IMG/VR virus record: IMGVR_UViG_3300042935_000374
Coordinates: 1 to 33,014 of that record
Strand: one strand, 5' to 3'
DNA from: a virus
Taxonomy: Duplodnaviria; Caudoviricetes
DNA: 33,014 nt
The position numbers and the translations under genes are program-made. The notes below the pieces were generated by a model. The model did no database searches. It was not told the origin of the DNA and saw only the letters and a list, made by a program, of their open reading frames with translations. Position 1 is the stretch's first letter. Each line of letters opens with the position of its first letter. Positions 7,840-16,637 of this stretch are shown in pieces.

Positions 7840-9602
7840 TGGCTAAGAAATCAGCAGCAGACCAACTTAAAGCATATAAGCAACGCTTAGAAGCATCTAA
7901 GCGTTGGCGTAAAGACGAAGGTTATGATGCTGTTTGGCGTAGGCTCACAGACCTATATAAAGGTCATCAATATGAGGACTATCGTGACGAGGACAGACTG
8001 CTAGTTAATATTGCTTTTGCAACTGTTAATATTATTGCCCCAAACATTTCGGTTAACTTCCCTAAGATTGCTGTTAACGCTGTTAAACCAGAAAACGCAG
8101 CCAACGCTGTTATTGCTGAAGCGGTTGTCAACTATTGGTGGAAGCATCGTGATATCCGTACCGAGTTCCGCCGTGCAGTAAAAGACTCTTTGATTTGCGG
8201 TCATGGTTGGATTAAGAGTGGATACCGTTTCGTTGAAGAAGAAGCAGTTGGACAAGAAACAGAAGTATCCGACCCTGTAGAGGGTGGAGAAATGACATCC
8301 ACAACCATAATCCTAGAGGACAGCCCTTTCGCAGAGCGTGTAAGCCCTATGGATGTGTTCGTGGACCCTGATGCAACCAGCATGCGTGACATCAAATGGA
8401 TTGCTCAGCGTATCCGCCGCCCTATTGCTGATGTTAAAAACGATAAGCGTTATACCAAAGTTGCTAGGGATGAAGTGCAGATTATGGCTGTTAGCCGTTA
8501 TGCCGATGACCCAAGCCGAAAAAAGATTAACGACAAAAATGAAGGCTACGCCGAAATTTTTGAGTTCTATGATGTTGCCGCAAAATCAATGAGCGTGTTC
8601 TGTGAAGGTGCAGAAAACTTCTTAGTAAAGCCAACCCCAATGCCATACTCGTTTGGTCAGCCGTTTGTTATGTTGCGTAACTATGATGTCCCCGACCATT
8701 TTTACCCTATTGGCGATTTGGAATCTATTGAACCTTTGCAAAAAGAGTTGAATGAAACCCGAACCCAAATGATGAATCACCGTAAAAAGTATTCACGCAA
8801 ATACCTGTATAAGGAATCGGCGTTTGACAATATGGGTCGCCAAGCATTGGAGTCTGATGACGACAATGTGATGGTCCCAGTAATCAGTGACGAAGCCCTG
8901 AGTGGTGTTGTAGCAAACTTCCCTGCTGTGATTAACCCACCAGATTTCTATGACCAAACCTCTACCATCATTGCTGACATTGACCGTGTATCAGGTGTGT
9001 CAGAAATCCAGCGTGGCGGAACCAGCGAAATTCGCCGTACCGCAACCGAGTCCGCTTTGGTGCAAGATGCGAGCAACGCCCGTACTGCTGACAAGTTGGC
9101 TATGGTTGAGCAAGCCATCAGCGAAGTGGGTCGCCGCATGGTTGCCCTAGCAAGACAATACATGTCAGGCGAACAAGTAGCCCGTATCACAGGTAAAGAT
9201 GGTGAGCCTGTTTGGGTTCAGTTTGACCGTGACTATTTGGAAGGTGACTTTGACTTTGAAGTAGTTGCTGGCTCAACACAGCCAAACAACGAATCTTTCC
9301 GCCGACAGATGGCACTACAGATGGTTGACGCTATGGCTCCGTTCGCTGGAGCAGGAATCATAGATATGGGCAAACTTGCCGCCTATGTGTTGCAACAGGG
9401 CTTCGGTGTTAAGAACCCTGACGAGTTCATAATGCAACAGCAACCTCCTATGGCTCCTCAGATGGGTGGTGCTGGCGCACCACCAATGCCACCAGAACCC
9501 CCTCCTGTCCCTGCTGAACAAGGTGCTGGTCCCTTAACTGGTGACCCTGCCATGTTGCAAGCAATGCTTGCACAGCAAGGACAGATGCCGCCAATGGCAT
9601 AA
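7839..9602 (+). CDS. Portal protein (podovirus/P22-like)
   Basis: 587 aa after terL and before the scaffold. Contains VSPMDVFVDPDA, RRTATE, and a Q/P/M-rich C-terminal tail. Confidence 0.88.
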   Translation: MAKKSAADQLKAYKQRLEASKRWRKDEGYDAVWRRLTDLYKGHQYEDYRDEDRLLVNIAFATVNIIAPNISVNFPKIAVNAVKPENAANAVIAEAVVNYWWKHRDIRTEFRRAVKDSLICGHGWIKSGYRFVEEEAVGQETEVSDPVEGGEMTSTTIILEDSPFAERVSPMDVFVDPDATSMRDIKWIAQRIRRPIADVKNDKRYTKVARDEVQIMAVSRYADDPSRKKINDKNEGYAEIFEFYDVAAKSMSVFCEGAENFLVKPTPMPYSFGQPFVMLRNYDVPDHFYPIGDLESIEPLQKELNETRTQMMNHRKKYSRKYLYKESAFDNMGRQALESDDDNVMVPVISDEALSGVVANFPAVINPPDFYDQTSTIIADIDRVSGVSEIQRGGTSEIRRTATESALVQDASNARTADKLAMVEQAISEVGRRMVALARQYMSGEQVARITGKDGEPVWVQFDRDYLEGDFDFEVVAGSTQPNNESFRRQMALQMVDAMAPFAGAGIIDMGKLAAYVLQQGFGVKNPDEFIMQQQPPMAPQMGGAGAPPMPPEPPPVPAEQGAGPLTGDPAMLQAMLAQQGQMPPMA

Positions 9603-9603
9603 A

Positions 9604-9623
9604 GGAACAGCAATTTCATATGT
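9604..9623 (+). promoter_or_regulatory. Late-gene motif GGAACA upstream of scaffold/capsid (leadered variant)
   Basis: GGAACA at 9604-9609 just after the portal stop. It is followed by a leader with an AGGAG SD to ATG 9660. Confidence 0.5.
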
Positions 9624-9659
9624 AGAGCAACCAACTAGGACTCTAGGAGAAATAACATA

Positions 9660-10445
9660 ATGAGTGATGAACTCGTAACAACACCGTCTGTGGAACCCGA
9701 AGGGTCACCCGTTACAGAAAGTGTTTCAGAAAGCCCGAATACACCAATTTTATCTGTTGAGGAATATTCTAATTATAGAGTTCCAATCAAATTAGATGGT
9801 GAGGATTTGGAAGTACCTCTAAGTGAGGCACTCGCTGGTTATCAACGCCAAGCAGATTATACTCGTAAGACGCAAGAACTTGCACAGCAAAAAGAACAGT
9901 TTCAATTTGCTACTGCACTTCAATCGGCTTTAGATAATGACCCTGCCGCCACGATTGACCTGTTGAGCAAACATTATGGTATCAGCCGTCAGGCTGTTAG
10001 CGAAATGATTGCTGATGGTGAAGATTTTGATTCTTTGGACCCTACGGAACAAAAGTATCGGGAACTTGACAAGCGTCTTGCATCGTTTGAGGATTATCAA
10101 TCCAAACAAGAAATTGAGCGTGAAGTTCAACGACTAAAGTCCAAATATGAGGATTTCAATATCAATGAAGTTGTTACAACCGCTTTGCGGATGAACTCAA
10201 CGGATTTGGAAGGCACATACAAGCAGATGGCGTTTGATAAAATGATGGCAAAAGCAGAACTAGAACGGCAAGCCCGTGAAGTCCAACAGCAGAAAGAAAA
10301 CTCTTTGTTGGAATCCAAAAGGCAAGCCAGTGTGGTATCGGGTGGTTCGTCCGCTACGGCTAACACAACTAGTGAAAGTTTTGAACCCATTACATCAGTC
10401 GCTGAGGCTTGGGCAGCAGCCAAGCGTTCTATGGGCGCAAATTAA
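9660..10445 (+). CDS. Capsid scaffolding protein
   Basis: Signature IKLDGEDLEVPLSE..GYQRQADYTRKTQELA. Acidic coiled coil located between portal and MCP. Confidence 0.85.
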   Translation: MSDELVTTPSVEPEGSPVTESVSESPNTPILSVEEYSNYRVPIKLDGEDLEVPLSEALAGYQRQADYTRKTQELAQQKEQFQFATALQSALDNDPAATIDLLSKHYGISRQAVSEMIADGEDFDSLDPTEQKYRELDKRLASFEDYQSKQEIEREVQRLKSKYEDFNINEVVTTALRMNSTDLEGTYKQMAFDKMMAKAELERQAREVQQQKENSLLESKRQASVVSGGSSATANTTSESFEPITSVAEAWAAAKRSMGAN

Positions 10446-10474
10446 AAACTACTACATTCTTTTAGGAGAACATA

Positions 10475-11413
10475 ATGTCTAATGCAAACTTTGATGCGTT
10501 GCTCAGTACAACGCTCGCAAACTATCGTGACCAACTCACGGACAACATCTTTACGGCACGCCCGTTGACCTACTTCCTTCAGGATAAGGGTCGCATCCGC
10601 ATGCTTAACGGTGGAACCAAGATTGTTGAGCCACTCATCTACGGTGAAAGTTCAACTGTTAAGTCGTACAGTGGTTATGACTCAATCTCGTTGACCGCAC
10701 AAACTGGCATCACGGCTGCTGAATACGATTGGAAGCAGTACGCTGCATCAATCGCAATTAGCGGTATTGAAGAAGCCAAGAACAACGGTGAACAAGAAAT
10801 CATCAACTTGTTGGAAGCCAAAATCATGCAGGCTGAAGAATCAATGCGTGAAGGTTTCAACCGCATGTTCTACGCCGATGGAACTGGCAACAGCAGCAAG
10901 GACTGGAACGGTCTTGGAAACCTCGTTGAGGCTTCAGGAACCGTTGGCGGTATCAACCGTGCAACAGCAGGTAACGAGTACTGGCGTTCATACGAGGAAA
11001 ACACCGCAACAGCGTTGACCCTCGCACAAATGTCAACTGCTTACAACAGCGTTTCTGTTGGTAACGACCACCCAGACATGGTTCTCACAACCCAGACTTT
11101 GTTTGAAAAGTATGAGGCTCTATTGCAGCCACAACTTCGTTACACCGACACCAAGACCGCAGATGCTGGATTCCAGAACCTGTTGTTCAAGGCTGCTCCT
11201 GTTGTTTACGATGAGCATTGCACCGCAGGTATTGTGTACTTCTTGAACAGCAAGTACCTAACCTTGGTTGGTCACTCAGGCAAGTGGTTCTCACAAACCG
11301 AGTTTGTTCGTCCTGAGGACTTGGATGCCCGTTATGCACTCATCATGTGCTACGGAAACCTCACCTGCCGTAACGCTGCAAAGCAAGGCAAGTTGACGGC
11401 TAAGACAGCCTAG
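10475..11413 (+). CDS. Major capsid protein (HK97 fold)
   Basis: 312 aa with a strong AGGAG SD. Motif YDWKQYAASIAISG..IINLLEAKI..FYADGTG..GL; follows the scaffold gene. Confidence 0.9.
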   Translation: MSNANFDALLSTTLANYRDQLTDNIFTARPLTYFLQDKGRIRMLNGGTKIVEPLIYGESSTVKSYSGYDSISLTAQTGITAAEYDWKQYAASIAISGIEEAKNNGEQEIINLLEAKIMQAEESMREGFNRMFYADGTGNSSKDWNGLGNLVEASGTVGGINRATAGNEYWRSYEENTATALTLAQMSTAYNSVSVGNDHPDMVLTTQTLFEKYEALLQPQLRYTDTKTADAGFQNLLFKAAPVVYDEHCTAGIVYFLNSKYLTLVGHSGKWFSQTEFVRPEDLDARYALIMCYGNLTCRNAAKQGKLTAKTA

Positions 11414-11424
11414 TTAAGTAATCC

Positions 11425-11452
11425 GATGGTGGGGGCGCAAGCCCCCATTATC
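11425..11452 (+). terminator. GC-rich hairpin with GCAA tetraloop after MCP
   Basis: GATGGTGGGGGC-GCAA-GCCCCCATTATC with two G.U pairs. It is followed by an A-rich rather than U-rich tract. Confidence 0.5.
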
Positions 11453-11494
11453 ATAATAAAAAAAACACAAAATTCAAAAATTTAGGAGAATGAT

Positions 11495-11914
11495 ATGCCA
11501 CTTATTTCAAACACTAGCGGTGCAATTGACCGTACCCGTCTTGCAGACTGGGCAACCAAAGAAGAAAAAGTAACCGTAGTAGCAGCAACAGACGCAGCAA
11601 CCGTACAGGTAGCAGCAACTCTTGCTGGTGCAGCACGCACACTATACACGATGACCCCAACAGCGTCCCGTACTTTGACCACACCAACTGGTGCGGAACT
11701 TGGTGCAGCGTTTGGTGACGAAGCAGTTGGTTCAAGTTTCCAATTCACCGTAGTCAATGTTGCCGCAGCAACCCACCCAATCGTGGTAACTGCTGGAGCA
11801 TCGGGTGTAACACTTGTTGGTGTAGCAGCAACCTTTTCGGTTGCAGCAGCATCGTCAGCAACTTATGTTGCAGTGTTTACTGCCGCAGACACGGTTTCAA
11901 TCTACCGAGCATAA
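11495..11914 (+). CDS. Putative capsid decoration/cement protein
   Basis: A/T/V-rich beta protein immediately after MCP, with a strong SD and an A-rich leader. Confidence 0.6.
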   Translation: MPLISNTSGAIDRTRLADWATKEEKVTVVAATDAATVQVAATLAGAARTLYTMTPTASRTLTTPTGAELGAAFGDEAVGSSFQFTVVNVAAATHPIVVTAGASGVTLVGVAATFSVAAASSATYVAVFTAADTVSIYRA

Positions 11915-11925
11915 TCCCCCACTAG

Positions 11926-11945
11926 GGAACAAATTGGTAATGGTG
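11926..11945 (+). promoter_or_regulatory. Late-gene motif GGAACA-N6-TAATGGT overlapping a hairpin
   Basis: GGAACA at 11926-11931 in the intergenic gap before the basic-protein block. Confidence 0.45.
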
Positions 11946-11970
11946 GGGAGCAGAAACTCCCCACCATTAC
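11937..11970 (+). terminator. Perfect 14-bp hairpin
   Basis: GTAATGGTGGGGAG-CAGAAA-CTCCCCACCATTAC. Confidence 0.55.
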
Positions 11971-11987
11971 TCTATCTAGGAGCATTT

Positions 11988-12125
11988 ATGCCTGTAAAAT
12001 ATTCAATTCTGTCCAGTCATGCTGACGCTAAACCTAAGGCGGGGACAAAAACATCAAACTATCCTAAGGGCAAGAAGTCTAAGGGTGCTAAAGCATCTAA
12101 GATGTCTAAGAAGGCAATGTACTAA
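11988..12125 (+). CDS. 45-aa very basic protein
   Basis: AGGAG SD then ATG 11988; 12 Lys in 45 aa. Confidence 0.65.
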   Translation: MPVKYSILSSHADAKPKAGTKTSNYPKGKKSKGAKASKMSKKAMY

Positions 12126-12358
12126 TGCGTAAACCTGCTATTGAATCCCGTGTCGGACATGTCCGTGGTATTGACGACATCGTTGAACCTTTGTTGAAGA
12201 AAGCCGTTTCTGGTGCAAAGAAGGGCAAGAAAGTTGTCAAGAAGGCTAAGAATGATATTCCTGACCCTAAGTACAAGAAGAATCCTTACAACAAAAAGGG
12301 TGGTTTGACTACCGATTATAAGGATTATGTTTTGCGTAACAGCCGAGGAGATTACTAA
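12125..12358 (+). CDS. Small basic protein with AIESRVGH..GIDDI motif
   Basis: TAATG coupling; Lys-rich. Confidence 0.75.
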   Translation: MRKPAIESRVGHVRGIDDIVEPLLKKAVSGAKKGKKVVKKAKNDIPDPKYKKNPYNKKGGLTTDYKDYVLRNSRGDY

Positions 12359-12360
12359 TT

Positions 12361-12660
12361 ATGGCATCTAAGAAACGAGCAATTGAAAGTCGTGTAGGTC
12401 ACGCTCAGGGAATTGATGATATCGGTAAAGGTATTATAAAGTTTGCTGAAAAAACTGCTAATAAGGTTCATCGTGGAAAAGTTTATATGAAGGTTCGCAA
12501 AGAACTAAAGCGTGAACCTGACAAAGTAATTCGTGAAATCCGCAAGGACATGTATTTGCCAGCAAAGAAGGGTACTTACGCTAATCCTTATAGTAGCAAA
12601 TCGCTTCCTAAAAGTGTTAAAAAAAGTGTAATGAAGGAAATGAAAAAGGGAGCAAAGTAA
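12361..12660 (+). CDS. Small basic protein with AIESRVGH..GIDDI motif
   Basis: GAGGAG SD; Lys-rich; N-terminus shared with the preceding gene. Confidence 0.75.
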   Translation: MASKKRAIESRVGHAQGIDDIGKGIIKFAEKTANKVHRGKVYMKVRKELKREPDKVIREIRKDMYLPAKKGTYANPYSSKSLPKSVKKSVMKEMKKGAK

Positions 12661-13148
12661 TGGCATCTAGCAAGAAACCAAAAGGCATTGAGGACGACCT
12701 AGCAAAAAAGATTTTGGCGTTGCTCCGCAAGGGTACACCAAAAGCGATGAAAGAGGCTGACCGCCTTAAAGGTATTCAGCGCACCTACCGTGATGATGCT
12801 TCAAAAATGCGTTCAGGCAAAGAAGCACTTGGCAAAGAATGGAACCGTAAACTTGGTGCAGAATATTATGCAACAAAGCGGGCTAGTGAGGCTAAGAGTG
12901 TTTCTCAGCGTTTGCGTGAGGAATCCCGTTTGCGTGGTATGGACAGTAAGTTTAAGAAGGTTGCTAAAAGAGAGCGTGCTGATGAAATGAAAGCAGCAAC
13001 TGCCGCAGGTATGCGTGCTGAACGCCGTAAAGCAACTAAAGAGGCTGGTGGGCGTAATGCTCCTGACCGTATTGATGCCCGTAAGCGTGCCGCAGCAAAC
13101 CGTGCTAAGAACGCTAAGCCTAAGAAGCCACGCAATCCAAAGAAGTAA
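12660..13148 (+). CDS. Basic helical protein with KKPKGIEDDL motif variant
   Basis: TAATG coupling; K/R/A-rich. Confidence 0.75.
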   Translation: MASSKKPKGIEDDLAKKILALLRKGTPKAMKEADRLKGIQRTYRDDASKMRSGKEALGKEWNRKLGAEYYATKRASEAKSVSQRLREESRLRGMDSKFKKVAKRERADEMKAATAAGMRAERRKATKEAGGRNAPDRIDARKRAAANRAKNAKPKKPRNPKK

Positions 13149-13150
13149 TC

Positions 13151-13651
13151 ATGGCTAAGCCCAAGAAACAGAAACCTAGTTTTGATATCGGTGACCTATT
13201 GGGGTTTCTGAATCAACCTAAGGTTAAGGCTGCTACTAATTTGTCGCAAGGCAAATTAACCAGTCAGGATGTTATGGGTGTGATGGGTAACAACCAGTCT
13301 AAGGCTGCGCCTTATTCTGGTGTTGTTGCTGATGCGTATAATACTAAGGTTAAACAGGATTATGAAACCGCCAAGTTTTTGGCGGATTTCTTTACTCCAG
13401 CCAGCGAAGCACAAAGACTGGTTCAAGGTAAGTCCGAGAAACTGGACCCTATGTGGGCTGCAATAAACTTTCTACCTTTTGGCAAGGCTGCCAAAAAGTT
13501 AAAAAACATTGATAAAGAAACCAAAATGATGCTGGATATGCTCAGGTCATCTAAGCCGTTGCGTAGTCAGGTTGCTGGCTCTAACAGTGGTTCAACGGAT
13601 TATACTTATTCTCCGCTTGAAGTGTTATTGTTACAATTACAGGGCGGTTGA
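13151..13651 (+). CDS. Hypothetical protein with basic N-terminus, possibly internal virion protein
   Basis: MAKPKKQKPSFDIGDLL; lies in the same operon. Confidence 0.65.
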   Translation: MAKPKKQKPSFDIGDLLGFLNQPKVKAATNLSQGKLTSQDVMGVMGNNQSKAAPYSGVVADAYNTKVKQDYETAKFLADFFTPASEAQRLVQGKSEKLDPMWAAINFLPFGKAAKKLKNIDKETKMMLDMLRSSKPLRSQVAGSNSGSTDYTYSPLEVLLLQLQGG

Positions 13652-13660
13652 TGCTTTTGG

Positions 13661-13680
13661 GGAACAATTCCCCTATGAGT
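13661..13680 (+). promoter_or_regulatory. Late-gene motif GGAACA-N7-TATGAGT
   Basis: GGAACA at 13661-13666; ATG at 13682 (15-nt spacer). Confidence 0.6.
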
Positions 13681-13681
13681 G

Positions 13682-13906
13682 ATGAACAATAACGCTGTCC
13701 CTGCTCACGCCTATTATGGAACCCCTCAGACTGGCTACCGCCTTGCGGCGGTTGCTGGTTCCCGTATCGCTGCCCCTAGTGGACCTTATATTGGTCGGGG
13801 TGACAAATGCACTGGAAACGATGACACTTGTGGTGCAAACAAGGTGCGTGGACAGCAGTTTTGTGCAGGTCATTTAAAGAAAATCAAATCTGAACAGGAG
13901 GCATAA
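13682..13906 (+). CDS. Small C3H zinc-finger protein
   Basis: C-x6-C-x10-C-x2-H (CTGNDDTCGANKVRGQQFCAGH). Confidence 0.65.
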   Translation: MNNNAVPAHAYYGTPQTGYRLAAVAGSRIAAPSGPYIGRGDKCTGNDDTCGANKVRGQQFCAGHLKKIKSEQEA

Positions 13907-14622
13907 TGGCTTATGCCCAGATGACCGCAACATCGTTGCGTCAAACAGTACGAGACATAACGGACCTTGACTCTGAGGACCTACCCGATTCGTTGCTAAA
14001 CCTTTATATCCGTGACGGCTACTACCGTATATTGGACATTGAGAAGCGTTGGACTTTCCTAGAGAAGTCGTTTACTTTTAATACTGTTGCCGAGCAACGG
14101 GCTTACCCTATTAGTGCTTTTACTGCTGACCCTATGTCGCAGATTGTGTCTATTGTGGATAACACGGGTATTGGTTTGCGTTTGGACATGGTTTCACATG
14201 ATGAGGCTGAAAGCACCTATATTGGTGCGTATGACACGAGTGGTGACCCATTGTTTTATTCTATTTGGAATGGCAACATCCATCTGTTTCCAAAACCAAA
14301 CAATGCTCGTACTTTGACTGTCCGTGGTTATCGTGAACCTATTGATTGGGTTACCGAAGGCGGCTATGTTGACGCTAGTGCTAACTTGCATTTTGCTTTA
14401 GTTTATTATGCTTGTAGCCGTGTGTATCAGCGTTTAGAGGATGTCGCTATGGCTGATGTTTATAAACGGTCTTTTGATGAGGGTGTTATGTTGGCTGTTA
14501 AGTCTGTGATGACACCAAACAGTCACGCTAACTTGGTGTTGTCTGCTGGTCGTACCACTGGTCGTCCAACCTTTAATGGTTGGATGACACGCATGGGGCA
14601 AGGTTTGAAAGATAACCAATAA
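13906..14622 (+). CDS. Head-tail adaptor / tail tubular protein A-like
   Basis: N-terminal helices (LRQTVRD..LLNLYIRD), W.FLE, and IHLFPKP..LTVRGY. Size and position before the nozzle-like gene fit. Confidence 0.7.
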   Translation: MAYAQMTATSLRQTVRDITDLDSEDLPDSLLNLYIRDGYYRILDIEKRWTFLEKSFTFNTVAEQRAYPISAFTADPMSQIVSIVDNTGIGLRLDMVSHDEAESTYIGAYDTSGDPLFYSIWNGNIHLFPKPNNARTLTVRGYREPIDWVTEGGYVDASANLHFALVYYACSRVYQRLEDVAMADVYKRSFDEGVMLAVKSVMTPNSHANLVLSAGRTTGRPTFNGWMTRMGQGLKDNQ

Positions 14623-16232
14623 TGGCTGGATTAAACATTACCGAGGTAAGTGATTTTACTGGTGGACTGAACTTCCGTGCAGACCAATTCCAGTTGTCAA
14701 CTTTTGAGTCACCTGACATGTTAAATGTTGAAATTGACCCACGAGGTGGTGTTTTCAGTCGTGGTGGTTACCAAAGGTTGAACACGACAGCAGTTTCTGG
14801 TACTTGGAGTCCGCAAAAGTTGTATCCGTTTAGTGGTGCAACGCCAACAATCCTGTTGGCTAACAGTACCAAGGTTTATAAATCAACTGGCGGTAACTTT
14901 ACAACTTTACAGGCTAGTGCTGGCGTGGACATCACTAGTGCTAGTCCTCATGGTTTTTGTATGGCACAGTGGGCTGACAGCATGTATCTTGCTACTGGTC
15001 GTAGCGGTAGTGGTGGTTATGTGTGGAAAACAACAGACACTTATCCCACAGCGTTAACAGCATCGGGTACTGCACCTCATGCTTGGCAAACAACACCAAC
15101 CACTTCTGAACGCAAAATGCCAACAGCAGAACATTTGATTGTCCATGCTAATAAAATGTGGACTGCGAACACAACTGAGGCTGGAACATATTATCCGAAC
15201 CGTTTGCGTTGGTCATTGGAAAATGCTCCTGAGAACTGGGATAGCGATGATTATTTTGATATCGTTGGCGGAGGCAACGGTATCACAGGTATGGCTGTTG
15301 TATCAGGACAACTAGTTGTTTTCAAACCTAACGCTATATATGTTATTTTTGGTTACGCTAGCGACAACTTTCAAGTTGTTGAATTAACGAACCGTTTGGG
15401 TTGTTTGAATCACCATGCTATTGCACAGGCAGATGATGGTGTTTACTGGTTTAGTCACAACCAAGGATTATATTATTATAATGGTGCATCCATTAGAGAC
15501 ATGTTTGACAACCTTCGTACTGCTATTGACTTGAACTATATTAACCCTGCCGACCATGAATCAATCAGCGTTTCTTGGGTTGGTCGCCGTGTGTGGGTTT
15601 CTGCACCATACTCTAAGGAAACAACTGTTACGACACCAACTGTTAACTTTGTTTTGGACCCAACTATTCGTGGTGGTGTTTACACAATGTTTTCCAGCCA
15701 TGATGGTTATGGTTTGGTTGGCGGATGTAATTGGACTGATTCAACTGAAGCGGATTATCGTTTGATGTGTCATCCAACGCAAGCATATGTTTTGAAGGTT
15801 GACATGTTCAACGATGAATCAGATAACATTTCTGGAACCAGCACCGCTTTTGAATCATATTATAAGACACGCTGGTTTGATGGTGGGTCTTATATGCAAA
15901 AGAAAATGTTTCGCCGCCCAGACTTTGTTGTTAAAGAAGCCGACATCGCTCAGAGCATTGCGGTAAAAGTTTATCATGACTTCACCGAGGGTGAAGGTAA
16001 TGAAAGAAAGATTTTTAGCATTACACAAACACCACCAACAACATCGTTGCTTTGGGGTTCTGGTTTGTGGGGTGAGGATTGGGCTAGTGGTGCTGCTAGT
16101 TCCAAGGTTATTGCTGGACGGAACCTTGGTTTAGCACGGTCTATTCAGTTGGAATTTGTTGGTCCAGAAAGCAAAAAGTGGGGCGTAAACAGTATTGGTT
16201 ACAAGTATCAGGCACGAAGGATTAAAGGTTAA
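14622..16232 (+). CDS. Tail tubular protein B / nozzle (P22 gp10 / T7 gp12-like beta-propeller)
   Basis: N-terminal DFTGGLN..ESPDMLNV, RLRWS, ITGMAV..LVVFK and Y.T.WFD; all-beta pattern. Confidence 0.75.
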   Translation: MAGLNITEVSDFTGGLNFRADQFQLSTFESPDMLNVEIDPRGGVFSRGGYQRLNTTAVSGTWSPQKLYPFSGATPTILLANSTKVYKSTGGNFTTLQASAGVDITSASPHGFCMAQWADSMYLATGRSGSGGYVWKTTDTYPTALTASGTAPHAWQTTPTTSERKMPTAEHLIVHANKMWTANTTEAGTYYPNRLRWSLENAPENWDSDDYFDIVGGGNGITGMAVVSGQLVVFKPNAIYVIFGYASDNFQVVELTNRLGCLNHHAIAQADDGVYWFSHNQGLYYYNGASIRDMFDNLRTAIDLNYINPADHESISVSWVGRRVWVSAPYSKETTVTTPTVNFVLDPTIRGGVYTMFSSHDGYGLVGGCNWTDSTEADYRLMCHPTQAYVLKVDMFNDESDNISGTSTAFESYYKTRWFDGGSYMQKKMFRRPDFVVKEADIAQSIAVKVYHDFTEGEGNERKIFSITQTPPTTSLLWGSGLWGEDWASGAASSKVIAGRNLGLARSIQLEFVGPESKKWGVNSIGYKYQARRIKG

Positions 16233-16235
16233 TTT

Positions 16236-16466
16236 ATGGCAACTCTCAGTATCACAAACAATTTCACCAACGGCACACCTGCCGTTGCCACAGAAGTTAA
16301 CACAAACTTTAATGATGTTAAAACTTTTGTTGAAGCATTGGCAGCAGGGACAAACCTTGATGATGGGTCAATTGTTTATAGCAAACTGGCGGCAGCCACC
16401 GTGTCGGCGTTGACTGCTTCTGGTGACAGCGACCAAATCATTTTGGGTTCACAGGTTTTTGGCTGA
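16236..16466 (+). CDS. Short tail needle/fibre-attachment-like protein
   Basis: NNFTNGT.A.ATEVNTNF resembles tail-fibre N-terminal segments. Confidence 0.55.
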   Translation: MATLSITNNFTNGTPAVATEVNTNFNDVKTFVEALAAGTNLDDGSIVYSKLAAATVSALTASGDSDQIILGSQVFG

Positions 16467-16636
16467 TGAAAGTCGGCTGGCAAACACCATTCTTGTCCGT
16501 GCTGGTAGGGACCGATAAAGATGCGCTTCAACGCATCTTTTCGTCACTTCAGGCTGAACTTAGTCGGATGCAAAACGAGATAGATGTTTTGAAAGATAGA
16601 AACACCTTGGGTTATAAGGAACAAACGAGGTATTAA
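16466..16636 (+). CDS. 56-aa coiled-coil protein (not in ORF track)
   Basis: TGATG coupling. MKVGWQTPFLSVLVGTDKDALQRIFSSLQAELSRMQNEIDVLKDRNTLGYKEQTRY fills the gap exactly. Confidence 0.65.
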   Translation: MKVGWQTPFLSVLVGTDKDALQRIFSSLQAELSRMQNEIDVLKDRNTLGYKEQTRY

Positions 16637-16637
16637 T
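16618..16637 (+). promoter_or_regulatory. Late-gene motif GGAACA-N7-TATTAAT before GTG 16638
   Basis: 14-nt spacer to GTG; embedded in the upstream coding sequence. Confidence 0.6.

Noticed and set aside
16463-16469. Other CTGATGA occurrences (here, about 3188, about 12979, about 27857) as additional hammerheads
   Set aside because: They fall in coding sequence or at a TGATG gene junction, without evident flanking stems.
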